Origin: Chiloscyllium plagiosum
Taxonomy: Eukaryota
DNA length: 64,000 nucleotides
Direction: 5' to 3'
Assembly: GCF_004010195.1 (NCBI RefSeq)
Contig: NC_057748.1
Coordinates: 4,509,237-4,573,236 of the forward strand
In this document: positions 12,520-27,574 of the stretch, piece by piece
How the letters are laid out: the number at the start of each line of letters is the position of its first letter
How positions within the stretch are numbered: position 1 is the first letter of the stretch
Position numbers and translations under genes: made by a program
The notes under the pieces: generated by a model
Told to the model about the DNA's origin: nothing
What the model saw: only the letters and a program-made list of their open reading frames with translations
The model's database searches: none

Positions 12520-13920
12520 CACAGAGACAGAGGGGTCACAGAGAGACAGAGGAGGACACAGAGAGACAGAGAGGGACACAGAGAGACAGGGCGATACACG
12601 CGGAAACAATGGGATATACAGCGATTGTGGAACACATAGAGGGATTGTAAGATACACAGACACTTTGGGAATCTCAGGGAGATCATGAGGGGCACAGGGG
12701 CAGGAGGGTGAAGGGACAGTGGAGAGACAGTGAGGGGTAATAGTAGGATACACAGGGAGACAGTGTGAAACACAGGGAGATAATGGGATTCACAGGGCGA
12801 TAGTGGGATGCACAGAAAGACAGTGGGATGACAGAGAGACAGTGGGATACACAGATACACATGAGATGCGCAGAGAGACAATGGGATACAGAGAGAGACA
12901 GTGGGGTTCACAGGGAGATAGTGGGATTTGCAGAGAAATAGTGAGATGCACAGAGAGACAGTGGGATGCGCGATGAGGCAGTGGGACACACAGAGACAGT
13001 GAGGTACACAGGGAGATAGTGAAATGCACAGAGATACAGTAAGATACAGAGATACAGTGGGATACACAGAGATACAGTGGGATGCACGATGAGGCAGTGG
13101 GACACACAGAGACAGTGAGGTACACAGGGAGATGGTGGGATGCACAGAGATACAATAAGATACAGAGATACAGTGGGATACACAGAGAAAGGGGGATACA
13201 CAGAGAGACAGTTGGGTGCACAGAGAGTCAGTGGGATACACAGACACAGTGGGATACACAGAGAGACAGTGGGATACAGAGACGGGGGATGCTCAGAGAG
13301 TTGGATGCACAGAGACAGTGGGATACACAGAGAATCAGTGGGATGCAGGTACACAGAGGCATAGTGGGATACATAGGCACAGTGGGATACACAGAGACAG
13401 GGGGATACACAGACACAGTGGGATACACAGAGAGACATTGGGATATACAGAGACAGTGGGATACACAGAGACAGGGGGATGCACAGAGAGTCAGTTGGAT
13501 GCACAGAGAGTCAGTGGGATACAGAGACGGGGGATGCACAGAGATAGTGGGATATACCGAGACAGTGGGATACACAGATATACAGTGGGATACTCAGAAC
13601 AGTGGGATATACAAAGACAGTGGGATACACAGAGATACAGTGGGATACTCAGAACAGTGGGATATACAAAGACAGTGGGATACACAGAGATACAGTGGGA
13701 TACTCAGAACAGTGGGATATACAAAGACAGTGGGATACACAGAGAGTCAGTGGGATACAGAGACAGTGGGATACACAGAGACAGTGGAATATACAGAGAC
13801 AGTGGGATACACAGGGATACAGTGGGATACACAGAGACAGTGGAATATACAGAGACAGTGGGATACACAGAGATACAGCGGGATACACAGAGACAGTGGA
13901 ATACCGAGGGAGATAGATAC
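12520..13920. repeat. Minisatellite, ~16-20-bp unit (cacagagacagtgggata)n
   Basis: Dozens of tandem degenerate copies; these account for the low-complexity ORFs. Confidence 0.95.
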
Positions 13921-14175
13921 CCAGGGATGCAAGGTGGATTCTCAACTTCGAAAAAGAGGCACTTCAACATGGAGGTACACACAGTGATATGGATCAATGA
14001 TGCACGAGTGATTACAAAAGATTCTTGGTCCATTGGTGAGACTGGATTCATTTCAGCCACAGCCTTTGAGGTACCCCAGAGTGAGGGGTGTAGAATAAAG
14101 GCAATTATACAGTTCGAGGCATATCCCATCACAGCACCATAGCAACACGGCAGCAAGGAAGGGTGTTGTGACTAA

Positions 14176-14319
14176 CTAAATGAGCCGTGAGTCTGTAGCA
14201 TGGATGGCACTAACATTCTCATAGATAAGGTCCTGCTGATTCTCGTAAATGGCTTCTTCAGGCTCTCCCTTCTGTTGGATCGTATCCAACATGCACTGAT
14301 GCAGGAAGATGTACTGAAG
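14176..14319 (-). CDS. PTPRH: Terminal coding exon of an R3-subtype receptor protein tyrosine phosphatase (PTPRH/SAP-1-like)
   Basis: Polypyrimidine tract and AG (tttatttgctgctccttag) followed by phase-0 LQYIFLHQCMLDTIQQKGEPEEAIYENQQDLIYENVSAIHATDSRLI*. It has the QYxFLHQC end of the PTP domain and tandem YEN motifs, as recalled for human PTPRH (QYVFLHQC...LIYENVAAI). PTPRJ-like identity is not excluded. Confidence 0.85.
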   Translation of the reverse strand, partial: LQYIFLHQCMLDTIQQKGEPEEAIYENQQDLIYENVSAIHATDSRLI

Positions 14320-14419
14320 CTAAGGAGCAGCAAATAAAAAACAGAGATGAAAAGATTATACTCCTCACAATAGCACAAAAACATTTACATTCAAAGTAAA
14401 TCTTGTGGTTATTCAAATG

Positions 14420-14585
14420 GGTCAGAAGTCAGATGACACTCGGTTATAGTTCAACAGGTTTATTTGCAATCACATGCGTTCAGAGCGGTATTCCTTCGTC
14501 AGGTGAAGTGAAATTGTTGAACTATAACCTGGTGTCATGTGACATCTGACTTTGTCCACCCAAGTCTAAAACCAGCACCTCTACG
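14420..14585. mobile_element. Small palindromic Penelope-related element, degenerate
   Basis: Inverted arms gtcagatgacac..ggttatagttcaaca / tgttgaactataacc..gtgtcat..ctgac; minus-strand CTGACGAAGG core. Confidence 0.55.
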
Positions 14586-14599
14586 TTATTGAAATAAGG

Positions 14600-14869
14600 A
14601 CACAGAGTAGGTAAAGCACAGGGTTAGATACAGCGTAAAGCTCACTCTACACCAATCCCATAAACCCTCCCAGGTTAGGGACAGCAAAGGGTTAGATACA
14701 GAGCAAACCTCCCTCTACACTGTCTCCATCAAACACTTCTAGGACAGGAACAGCACAGGGTCAGAGAGTAAAACTCCCTCTATACTGTACCCCCCTATCG
14801 AACACTCCCAGGACAATAAAGTATGGGGTTAGATACAAAGTAAAGCCTCCTCCACAATGTCCCCATCAA
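14600..14869. repeat. ~65-bp satellite running into the gap
   Basis: About four copies of gggttagatacagagtaaagctccctctacactgtccccatcaaacactcccaggaca. Confidence 0.85.
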
Positions 14870-15369
14870 NNNNNNNNNNNNNNNNNNNNNNNNNNNNNNN
14901 NNNNNNNNNNNNNNNNNNNNNNNNNNNNNNNNNNNNNNNNNNNNNNNNNNNNNNNNNNNNNNNNNNNNNNNNNNNNNNNNNNNNNNNNNNNNNNNNNNNN
15001 NNNNNNNNNNNNNNNNNNNNNNNNNNNNNNNNNNNNNNNNNNNNNNNNNNNNNNNNNNNNNNNNNNNNNNNNNNNNNNNNNNNNNNNNNNNNNNNNNNNN
15101 NNNNNNNNNNNNNNNNNNNNNNNNNNNNNNNNNNNNNNNNNNNNNNNNNNNNNNNNNNNNNNNNNNNNNNNNNNNNNNNNNNNNNNNNNNNNNNNNNNNN
15201 NNNNNNNNNNNNNNNNNNNNNNNNNNNNNNNNNNNNNNNNNNNNNNNNNNNNNNNNNNNNNNNNNNNNNNNNNNNNNNNNNNNNNNNNNNNNNNNNNNNN
15301 NNNNNNNNNNNNNNNNNNNNNNNNNNNNNNNNNNNNNNNNNNNNNNNNNNNNNNNNNNNNNNNNNNNNN
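14870..15369. other. Assembly gap (exactly 500 N)
   Basis: N run; the round size suggests a scaffolding join of unknown true length. Confidence 0.95.
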
Positions 15370-15769
15370 TTCAGATCAGGACTAATATTAAATTAGTTCC
15401 TTTGCTTTGTATTTTTACATCTGTTCACTCCATTTCTGTCCACTTGTCTGAATAATTTCATTTTGATCATTAGTTTTGATGACACAGCAGAAGATGTCAC
15501 CATTTATAAAACACTGTGCATTCTCTTTTCTGGTCAGAAGTGGATAACCTTATACTTCCCCTCACTGTCCTGTATCTGCCAGTCTTGCCCATTGCATTAA
15601 ACTTTGCAACATTCTGCTCTCATGGTAATGTGTCACCTGATGTAGAGTCATCATTTTATTGATGGCCCTTCATTCCTTCATCTAGAACATTGATAAATCT
15701 CATGAAAAGTGGTGTTTCCCAGTGCCTCTCCTTGGGGGAAAAAAGCAATCTGATCTTGCTTGTTTTTAA

Positions 15770-16275
15770 ATGCACTCATGGGACGAGGGTGCTGTTGGCT
15801 GGGCCAGCATTTATTGCCCATTCTTAATTACCCTTGTGAAGATGGTGGTGGTGATGATTTGCCTTCTTGAATTTCTGCTGTTGTCCATCTGATGGAGGTA
15901 GACCCACAATCCTGTTAGGGAGACCCACAATCCTGTTAGGGAGAGAATCCAGGATTTTGACTCAGCAACAGGGGAAAAGAACAGTGACGTAATTCCAAAT
16001 CAAAATGGTGAGTGGCTCAGAGAGGAACTTGCAGGGGGTGGAGTTCCCATGTATCTTTGCTCTTGTTCTTCTAGATGGAAGTGGTCATGGTGTTGGAATG
16101 TACTGTCTAAAGGCCCTTTGGTGAATTCCTACAGCATTTGGTAGATGGTACACCTTGCAGTTGCTAAGTATCAGTGGGCGGAAGGGATAAATGTTGGTGG
16201 CTATTGTGCCAATCAAGTGGGCTGCTTTGAACTGGAGGGTGTCAAGATCCTGGAGTGTTGTTGGCACACTCCCCA
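15770..16275 (-). mobile_element. Old LINE 3' fragment duplicated with each ferritin unit (also ~24225, ~31640, ~45595, ~52960, ~60340)
   Basis: Minus-strand RT C-terminal-like peptide PTTLQDLDTLQFKAAHLIG recurs at the homologous position of the units. Confidence 0.7.
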
Positions 16276-18069
16276 TTATCCTGACTGACAACCCCTCCCC
16301 TAAACCAATTCCCCACCCACATTCTGCATTTTCATTTCCCCCAGTGATCATGTGTGATTCCCTATCAATGAAATCATTAAGGTGGCAGCTTTGGCTGTTC
16401 ACAAACTGAAAACTTCCATCCTCCACATTAAAGGGTCAGCATAAATCAAGATGCACACAGGGAACCACCACCTCCAAACATAACCAAATCCATGGTAGCA
16501 TTATTACTTGGAGCGTCAGTTCTAATATCAATATTCAGAGTCAGTTCTAATATCAACATTCCAGCCTACAAAATGAACTATTTCAGGTTTGCACACTGGG
16601 AGATTGGAAAAGAACATTCCACTTGGATTGTGCTTTAAATTTACATACACTGCATTTCCAATCCCAGTAGTACCAAATAGGTGTAAAGTACCAAAGCTTA
16701 AATTTGTACTTGTGCAGAAGAATAACATCTTACATGGGAAATATTATCTTCCCCACCCACCCAAAGAAAGGTACCTACCCCATTTATCTCAGTTTGATTA
16801 AAAGCCGTAATCAAATAGAGGTACTTTGTGTCCCCCTTATTCTATCGTGGGATATGAGCATCCCAAGCAAGATCAACATTAGTCAGCCATTAGATTTTCC
16901 TTGCACTAAGAAATTGCCACATGGCCCTGCATATGACTGCATGTACAGGGCAGACTATATCAAAGGCGAGCTGATTTCCTGCAAGTTTACAAAAATTGGA
17001 ACAGATTGCTGCAAATACTACTTGGGTCCTATAGGTTTATTAGCACCAGCTGCCCTCCATATGAGGGGCCTCTGGATTACTAGAGCAGCAAGGGAATTGC
17101 TACACTTTTCCCACATGGGTTAAGGTAGGCACTGCTGCATTTCCTGATATAGATCTTAGTTAGGAGCCAAGCAGACTAGAGACACTGATGCTAATCAAAA
17201 GCAGTATCCTTATTCTCCACTATGGAACATGGATACAAGAGAAACTGTTTCTCAGCTTGGGAAACTGCTGTAGAGCAATCAAGTATTGTGTATCCAAGAA
17301 CAGTTGAAGGTAGAGTACTGTATAAGATATTCAACTTTTATATTCTTGGAAAGGGGTAGTTTTACATGATTTAAATCATAACCTAAGCAATAAAACAAAT
17401 TGCTGGAAAACAGTCTGGTCTGACAACATCTGTTGTAAGAAAGTAATTATATTTCAAGTCTAGTGACTCTTAACTGATTTCACTCCAGATGCTTCCAAAC
17501 CCAAGTTTTCCTTCCTGATTTCCAGGAACTGGTTTTTGGCTTCTTTATAAAAATCCCAAAGCATTGTTTTCAAGCATTAAAACAAATTGCTGAGGTTATT
17601 TAGTAGATGTAAAACTATCCCTTTACAAGAATATAAAAGTTGAATATCTTATACAGTACTCTACCTTTGACTGCTCTTGGATACACAATACTTGATTGCT
17701 CTACAGTTTCCCAAGCTGAGAAACAGTTCCTCTTATCCAGTTGCATCAGTTGATTAGATTGGGAGGAGATTTCAATCAAACTATTGACTAGAGGATGTTG
17801 CTGCAAAATACCCTGTGAGCACAGGCAGATAGTGAGCATTGCTTACAAGCCAAAAAGCTTAAGCAGTTGTGGAATTTCCAATATGAGAATGCTCACATAC
17901 CCAAATCCCCATCCACAGACCAGAATAAAACGGAGCAAATTACTGGGACAAGCATTGAAACAAGGTGGAGAAAAAAAAGGATTTAATGATCAGATGTTAA
18001 ACAGCAAAAACCCAAGAATCAAATGAAGCTAAGAAATTACACAGTACTCAGTTCCATGGTGAACACTAT

Positions 18070-18075
18070 TTTAAT
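18070..18075 (-). terminator. ATTAAA polyadenylation signal of ferritin A
   Basis: ~80 nt past the stop; conserved in A, B, D, E, F and G and absent in pseudogene C. Confidence 0.65.
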
Positions 18076-18154
18076 TTTGTGCAGAGCACAACCAAAGTCA
18101 TCCACTAGAATGAAGTCACCATGTCCAACAAATGGAGTTGTTGTTGAATCCCAC

Positions 18155-21337
<3,183 letters not shown>

Positions 21338-21389
21338 CTTTACTATTCCTGCTCACTATCACCAGATAACTCCAAGCCTCCCTCAAGCT

Positions 21390-21625
21390 CTTGTATTTAC
21401 CCTGCTGGGACACCCTGCACTTAACCAGGGAGAGGTAGCAACAATGATGATTGACAATCTCTAACAGCCAATCAGGAATCACCCATGAATGTACACCCCA
21501 ATGAGAGAGAGGGGGTGGGTGTGTGAACCAGAGCTGATCAGAGGTGTAGATTAGAGTCAGGTCTGGATGATTATTCTGTGATTGGAACAGCAGGAGGTCA
21601 CTCAGCAGCATCTCAATCAGGTCAC
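21390..21625 (-). promoter_or_regulatory. Proximal promoter of ferritin A (TATA-like, CCAAT boxes, ARE-like motif)
   Basis: TAAATA at 21394-21399, cagCCAATcagg at 21468-21472, TGCTGAGTGAC at 21597-21607; all conserved upstream of C, D, E and F. Confidence 0.65.
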
Positions 21626-22799
21626 GGTGAGTTTGTGTCCTTTTAAAAGAAATAGATTTGGATGAGGAAAGGTTTTCAAGTTTTCTTTTAAATAAAGTTT
21701 GTTGTGACCAACTGAAAGAGGGTCTCAATGAAGAAAGAGAATCAGTTTTGTTGGAAATGGGAGAGAAAGGTGGGAGACTAGAGCTTGGACAAGTCAATTG
21801 TAATAAGAGCAGATTGGACAGAGACTGGAAAATGTTTCAGAATAGGGGTGTGGAGTAGGTCATAGTCTACTGACACTGGGTAAGCTGCTTAGGACTGAGA
21901 TGAGGAGAAAGGTCTTCACCCAGAGAGTGGGGAGCCTGTGGCATTCTCTGTCACAGAAAGTTGTTGAGGCCAAATATTGAATGTTTTGAAGAAGGAGTTA
22001 GATATAGCTTTCAGAGCTAAAGGGATCAAAGTTTATGGGGAGGGTGGGGAAGATGGTACCGAATTAGATGATCAGCCATAATCATATGGAAGGGTGAACA
22101 GCTGACTCCTATTCCTTTTTTCTCTAATTCTGTTTCAATAAACTGGGTAGTAAGGGTCTTGTGGCACAGGGGTAGTAACCCTTTATCTGGGCCAGCAGGT
22201 TTTTGTACAAGACCCTACCTGCTCCAGAGGTGTCTGACAACATCTCTGTCAGGTTCATAAGGAAACAACCAGAGCTGTTGCAGGCACAATGGACTGAATG
22301 GCCACATCCTGTGCCATAACAATTCTGTGATTCTGTGGATGATCTGCATCTGAACAGCGTTTCCCTGCCTCTACCTCCTGACTGACCTTTCTGTGGATTG
22401 TCCCCTCGCTGTGATGGAGAGCCTCGAGTGTCCTGTTGAGTCTGAGAGCGATACCTCAAGAGGTTTCCATCTCCTGACAGGACCACCCAGGATGGTAAGG
22501 TCAGAGGGGAGGATCCTGATAAAGTGCAATGGAAATCAAATCCTCAACGGCCATCTGTCCAGGCAGAAGGTGTTTGTGTGCTATCCACGAGGGTGGGTAA
22601 AGGCTACAGCAGGAGGGAGATCACAAATCGACATTTCCTTGCCACTTGAGCTGTATCTACCTTCTGTAAAGGATTGTGTCTGTGCTGATGTACAACAGCA
22701 TTCCCATGTTAAATGATGCTCTGTACACATTGTCTACCTCGAGGATTCTAACCCCCTCCACAAACACATTGACTTTCCAGGGTGGACAGTCGGAGGATT

Positions 22800-23580
22800 T
22801 TACAGAAGGAGGCCATTCAGCCCTCCCCCATGTCTGTACTCACTCCTAAAAGAGCTACCCAGCTAGTCCCAATCTCCACCCTATCTCCATAGCCCTCTAA
22901 CTGCATCCCTTTCAAGTACCTATCCAACTCTCTGTTGAAACCTCCTATGGAATCCACCTCCCCTACTCTCCTAGGCAGCGCATTCCAAATCCTAGCAACT
23001 GTCCGAGTTAAGACTTTTCTCTTCACCTCACTGAGCTCTCTTGCTGACTAATTGTGACCCCTATAAACTGGCATACCAACTGGTGAAAGCAGAACATCCT
23101 CCTTTATCATGTCAAAATTGCTCATAATTTTGAACACCTCAATAAGGTCACCTCTTAATCTTCTCTGCTCCAAGGAGAATAAGCCCAATTCCTTTAATCT
23201 TTGCTTGTATCTAAAATCCCTCACTTCTAGTATCATTCTCATAAATCTCTTTTGCACTCTCTCCAGGGCGTTAATATCATTCATGATTCATGAATAAGAT
23301 GTCCAGAACTGAACACAAAACTGCAAATGTGGTCTGACCAATGGTTTGTAAAAGTGTGGCATCATTCCCCTGCTTCGATGCCTCTCTTTTTAAAAATGTA
23401 AGGATCCTATAAGCCGCCTTAATGATTGACTGACTGTTTCATCTTCCCTGGCCACCTTCAGAGAATCATTTACTTGAACCCGAATGTCCCTCTGCCCCTG
23501 TACTCCCCTCAGAGTTGTTCCATTTGAACCTGCATTGACTCTCATACCAAATGCATTACATCACATTTCTCTGCATTGAG
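22800..23580 (-). mobile_element. CR1 LINE fragment upstream of A (shared with unit B)
   Basis: ALERVQKRF...LFSLEQRRLRGDLIEVFKIM and RIWNALP peptides. Confidence 0.9.
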
Positions 23581-26025
23581 ATTTGGAAATGATTGTCAAC
23601 ATCAAATCTTGCCCTGTAAAAATGTAATAATATTAGTTTTCAAATCTTCAATTGGTTTTGTGTGCATTCATTATCCTTCCTGTGAAAAAGCTGTGTTCCT
23701 AACATTATCCTGGACAGTTTAGTTCTAATGTGAAGATTCTAATCCCATTCCACATCCTCAGTTCTATTTGACCCATTGGGAAACAGTTCCCTTCTATCTA
23801 CTCGGTCAAATCTACTAACCCTCCTAAAAATTTCCATTACACTCATCCCTTAACTTTCTACCCTGGGGAATGTAGACAAACTGTTGATGCCATTTAACCA
23901 GCTCTTTATCTCTGAGTTCATTCAGATAAGCTAGGATGTCCCATCAGCCACAGCAGAAGATGTCACCATTTATAAAACAGTGAATTGTCTTTCTTGGTCA
24001 GAAGTGAATAACTTTACACTGCCCCTCAGTGTCCTGTATCTGCCAGTCTTGCCCATTCCATTAAAGTTTAGCATGAGTAGAATCTTGCAATGTACCACCT
24101 GATGGAGAGTCGTCATTTTATTGATGACCCTTCATTCCTTCATCTAGAACATTGATAAATCTCATGAACACTTGTTTCCCAGTGCCTCTCCTTGGGGAAA
24201 GCAATCAGATCTTGCTAATTTTTAATGCACTCGCAGGATGAGGGTGCTGTTGGCTGGGCCAGCATTTATTGCCCATCCTTAATTACCCTTGTCAAGGTGG
24301 TGGTGGTGATTTGTTGCTGTTGTCCATTTGGTGGAGGTAAATCCTATTAGGAAGAGAATCCAGGATTTTGACTCAGCAACAGTGAAGAACAGTGACATAA
24401 TTCCAAGTCAAAATGGCGAGTTACTCAAACTTGCAGGGGATGGATTTACCATGGATCTGCAGCCCTTGTCCTTCTAGCTGGAAGTGGTCATGATGTTGAA
24501 ATGTTATCTAAGGAGCTTTGGTCAATTTCTACAGCATTTGGTAGAGGGTACACCTTGCAGTTGCTAAGTGTCAGTGGGTAGAGGGAATGAATGTTGGTGG
24601 TTATTGTGCCACTCAAGTGGGCTGCTTTGAACTGGAGGGTGTCAAGATCCTTGAGTGTTAGCACATTATCCTGACAGACACCCCCTTCCCTAAATTCTCT
24701 ACGCACATTTAGCATTTCCATTTTCCCCCTGTGATCATGTGATCCCCTGTCAATGACTTAATTAAAGATGGCTCCTTTGGCTTTTCAAACTGAAGTGGAA
24801 CATCCATCCTCCAAATTAAAGGATCAGCACAAATCAAGAGAACATAACCAAATCCATAGATAGCCTTATCACTTGGAGCATCAGTTCTAATATCAACATT
24901 GAGCCTGGTCAAGCCTGCAAAATGGACTGTTTGCACACTGGGAGATTAAATTTACATGCACTGCTCAGGCCAAAGTACATGTGCATTTTCAATCCCATCA
25001 ATATTGAACTGGTGTAAAGCACCAGAGCTTAAATTTGTATTAGACTTCTGCAGAACATTTTACATGGGAAATATTGTCTTAACCCTCAGGCAAAACCCCT
25101 GCCCCATTTATCTCAGTTTAAGCTGAGAATGAACAGTGCAGCCTTCAGAAGATCTTAGACCAGTCATTAACTGAGTTACTTGATATCCCCCATATTCTGA
25201 AGATCAGCTGTGAGCATCAGTATTAATCATCCAATGGATTTTCCTTGATCCATGACATTGCCAGATTGGCCTGTTTGACTCTACAACCTATGTAGACTAT
25301 ATTCAAAAAGGAGAGCTGATTTCCAGTAAGTTAGAAGGAAAAAGTGGAACAGAATCCTGCAAATGCTACTTGGGTTCTAGAGCTTTCTTTGCACCAGCTG
25401 CCCTCCATGCGAGGCCTCTGGATTGCTAGAGCAGTAAAAAAATAGGAATTGCTACATTTGTCCCACATGGGTTAAGATAGGCACTGTTATATTTCCTCAT
25501 GTAGAAGATAATTAGCCTAGTGGAGTAGAGACACTGATACTAATCAAAAGCAGAATCTTCATTCTCCAGCATAGAACGTGGGAGGAGAGAAACCATTTCC
25601 CAGCTTGGGAACACCACCATTATAGTAATAAAGCATTGCTTACCCAAGAACAGTCAAGAATAGTGAAGATTATGAGCAAGATATTTAACTTTCATTCTTG
25701 TAAAGGGGGTCATGTTACATGATCCACTAAGTCAGTCTAAGCATTACGACAAATTGCTGGAAAACACTGACAGCAGCTGTTAAGAAATTTAAAGTATTTC
25801 AAGTCCAGTGAGTGTTCTTAACTGACTCCACTCCAGATTCTGCCAAACTAATTTCCCAGTTGTTTGTCTGATTTCCAGCAGCTAGTGGTTTTTTACTATT
25901 TTAAAAATACCTCTAGGAATTGCTCAGAGTACACCAGTTTTATCAAACATTAGATTGAAATCCATTCCCAATCAAGCTATTGCTGCAAAATAGTTCCCGT
26001 GAGCACTGCTTGCAAGCAAAAAAGC

Positions 26026-27151
26026 TTAAACAGTTGTGGAATTTCCAGTTATGAGAGTTGCTCGCTCAAAATCTCTCCCCACAGAATAAAACACTGAGCA
26101 GGTTACTGGGACAAGAATTGAAACAAGGTTGAAAGAAAAGGATTTAATAATCAGATATTGAACAGCTAAAACCCAAGAACCAAATGAAACTAAATAGTTA
26201 TACAGTTCCATGGTGAACATTATTTTAATTTTGTGCAGAGCACAACCAAAGTCATCCACTAGAATGAAGTCACCATGTCCAACATATGGAGTTGTTGAGA
26301 GCCTGTCAAACAGGTACTCTCCCAGGCCATTCTCAGGGGCTCCCAGTCTCTTCAGGTTGGTGTTGTGATCTCCCAGCTTCTTGATCATCTTCACTTGCTC
26401 ATCCAAGTAGTGCCTCTCCAGGAAGTCACCCAGCTGGAAGAGGAGACAAAGATTAGCCTCAAGGAACAAACCATGCACTTGAATGTGACATCCCGGGCGG
26501 CACGGTGGGCGGCATTGTGGGCGGCACGGTGGCACAGTGGTTAGCACTGCTGCCTCGCAGCGCTAGAGACCCGGGTTCAATTCCCGACTCAGGCGACTGA
26601 CTGTGTGGAGTTTGCACGTTCTCCCCGTGTCTGCGTGGGTTTCCTCCGGGTGCTCCGGTTTCCTCCCACAGTCCAAAGATGTGCAGGGTCAGGTGAATTG
26701 GCCATACTAAATTGCCCGTAGTGTTAGGTAATGGGTAAATATAAGGGAATGCGTGGGTTTCGCTTCGGCGGGTCGGTGTGGACTTGTTGGGCCGAAGGGC
26801 CTGTTTCCACACTGTAATGTAATCTAATCTAATCTAATCTAATCCCATTACAGACATGACCATCACCACCATATTATGGTGTGGGAAAGGTACAATCGGG
26901 GGTGCCTGTTGAAATGTTTATGCTTTCAGCCTGCAGGAGGCAGGTAGATAATTGGATTATACCCCCAGAGAGTACACAAACAGATCATTTCCTTCCAGGT
27001 TTGAGAGAAAAAGCTAGAAACTCACATGAGGGTCCGTGTGGCCAGAGGAGAGTTTGTGCAGATCCAGCAGACTCTGGTTCACATCCTTCTCCATCTGCAG
27101 AGCTCTCTGCATTGCCTCCAGACCATTGCCCCACTCATCCTGCTCTGGCTT
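26026..27151 (-). pseudogene. Ferritin copy B, truncated pseudogene (exons 3-4 only, stop codon lost)
   Basis: Exon 3 is 27151-27026 and exon 4 starts at 26433. A ~19-bp deletion near 26298 removes the TGA, so the frame reads through to 26026. C>G (LGDF) and I>N changes. Exons 1-2 and the promoter are absent. Confidence 0.9.
26495..26845 (+). mobile_element. Young HE1-type SINE in intron 3 of B
   Basis: Full body, triplicated 5' gggcggcacggt, (aatct)n tail. Confidence 0.9.
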
Positions 27152-27259
27152 CTGGAGCAAGGGGAGTCAGGAGAGAAAAAAAACAGCTCATCTCAGACAG
27201 GTGGATCACAGGCTACATCAGATCAGGTCATTATTCCACCAAGCATTGCAAGAGTTGGA

Positions 27260-27574
27260 TTTAGATTAGATTAGATTAGATTAGATTACAGTGTGGAAAC
27301 AGGCCCTTCGGCCCAACAAGTCCACTCCGACCCGCCGAAGCGAAACCCACCCATACCCCTACATTTACCCCTTACCTAACACTACGGGCAATTTAGTATG
27401 GCCAATTCACCTGACCCTGCACATCTTTGGACTGTGGGAGGAAACCGGAGCACCCGGAGGAAACCCACGCAGACACGGGGAGAACGTACAAACTCCACAC
27501 AGTCAGTCGCCTGAGGCGGGAATTGAACCCGGGTCTCTGGTGCTGTGAGGCAGCAGTGCTAACCACTGTGCCAC
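27260..27574 (-). mobile_element. Young HE1-type SINE at the deletion breakpoint of B
   Basis: (attag)n tail and full body; left flank is intron 2, right flank is sequence upstream of the promoter. Confidence 0.9.

Noticed and set aside
12463-14156. Long ORFs of 250-308 aa
   Set aside because: Translations of the minisatellite, low complexity and open in several frames on both strands.
14172-14384. ORF-track 70-aa minus-strand ORF
   Set aside because: Wrong frame; the real coding frame is the PTP terminal exon 14176-14319.
12520-14869. CRISPR-like repeat arrays
   Set aside because: No unique spacers or cas genes; eukaryotic satellites.
26495-26600. tRNA gene
   Set aside because: tRNA-like A/B boxes are the head of a SINE; no full cloverleaf.
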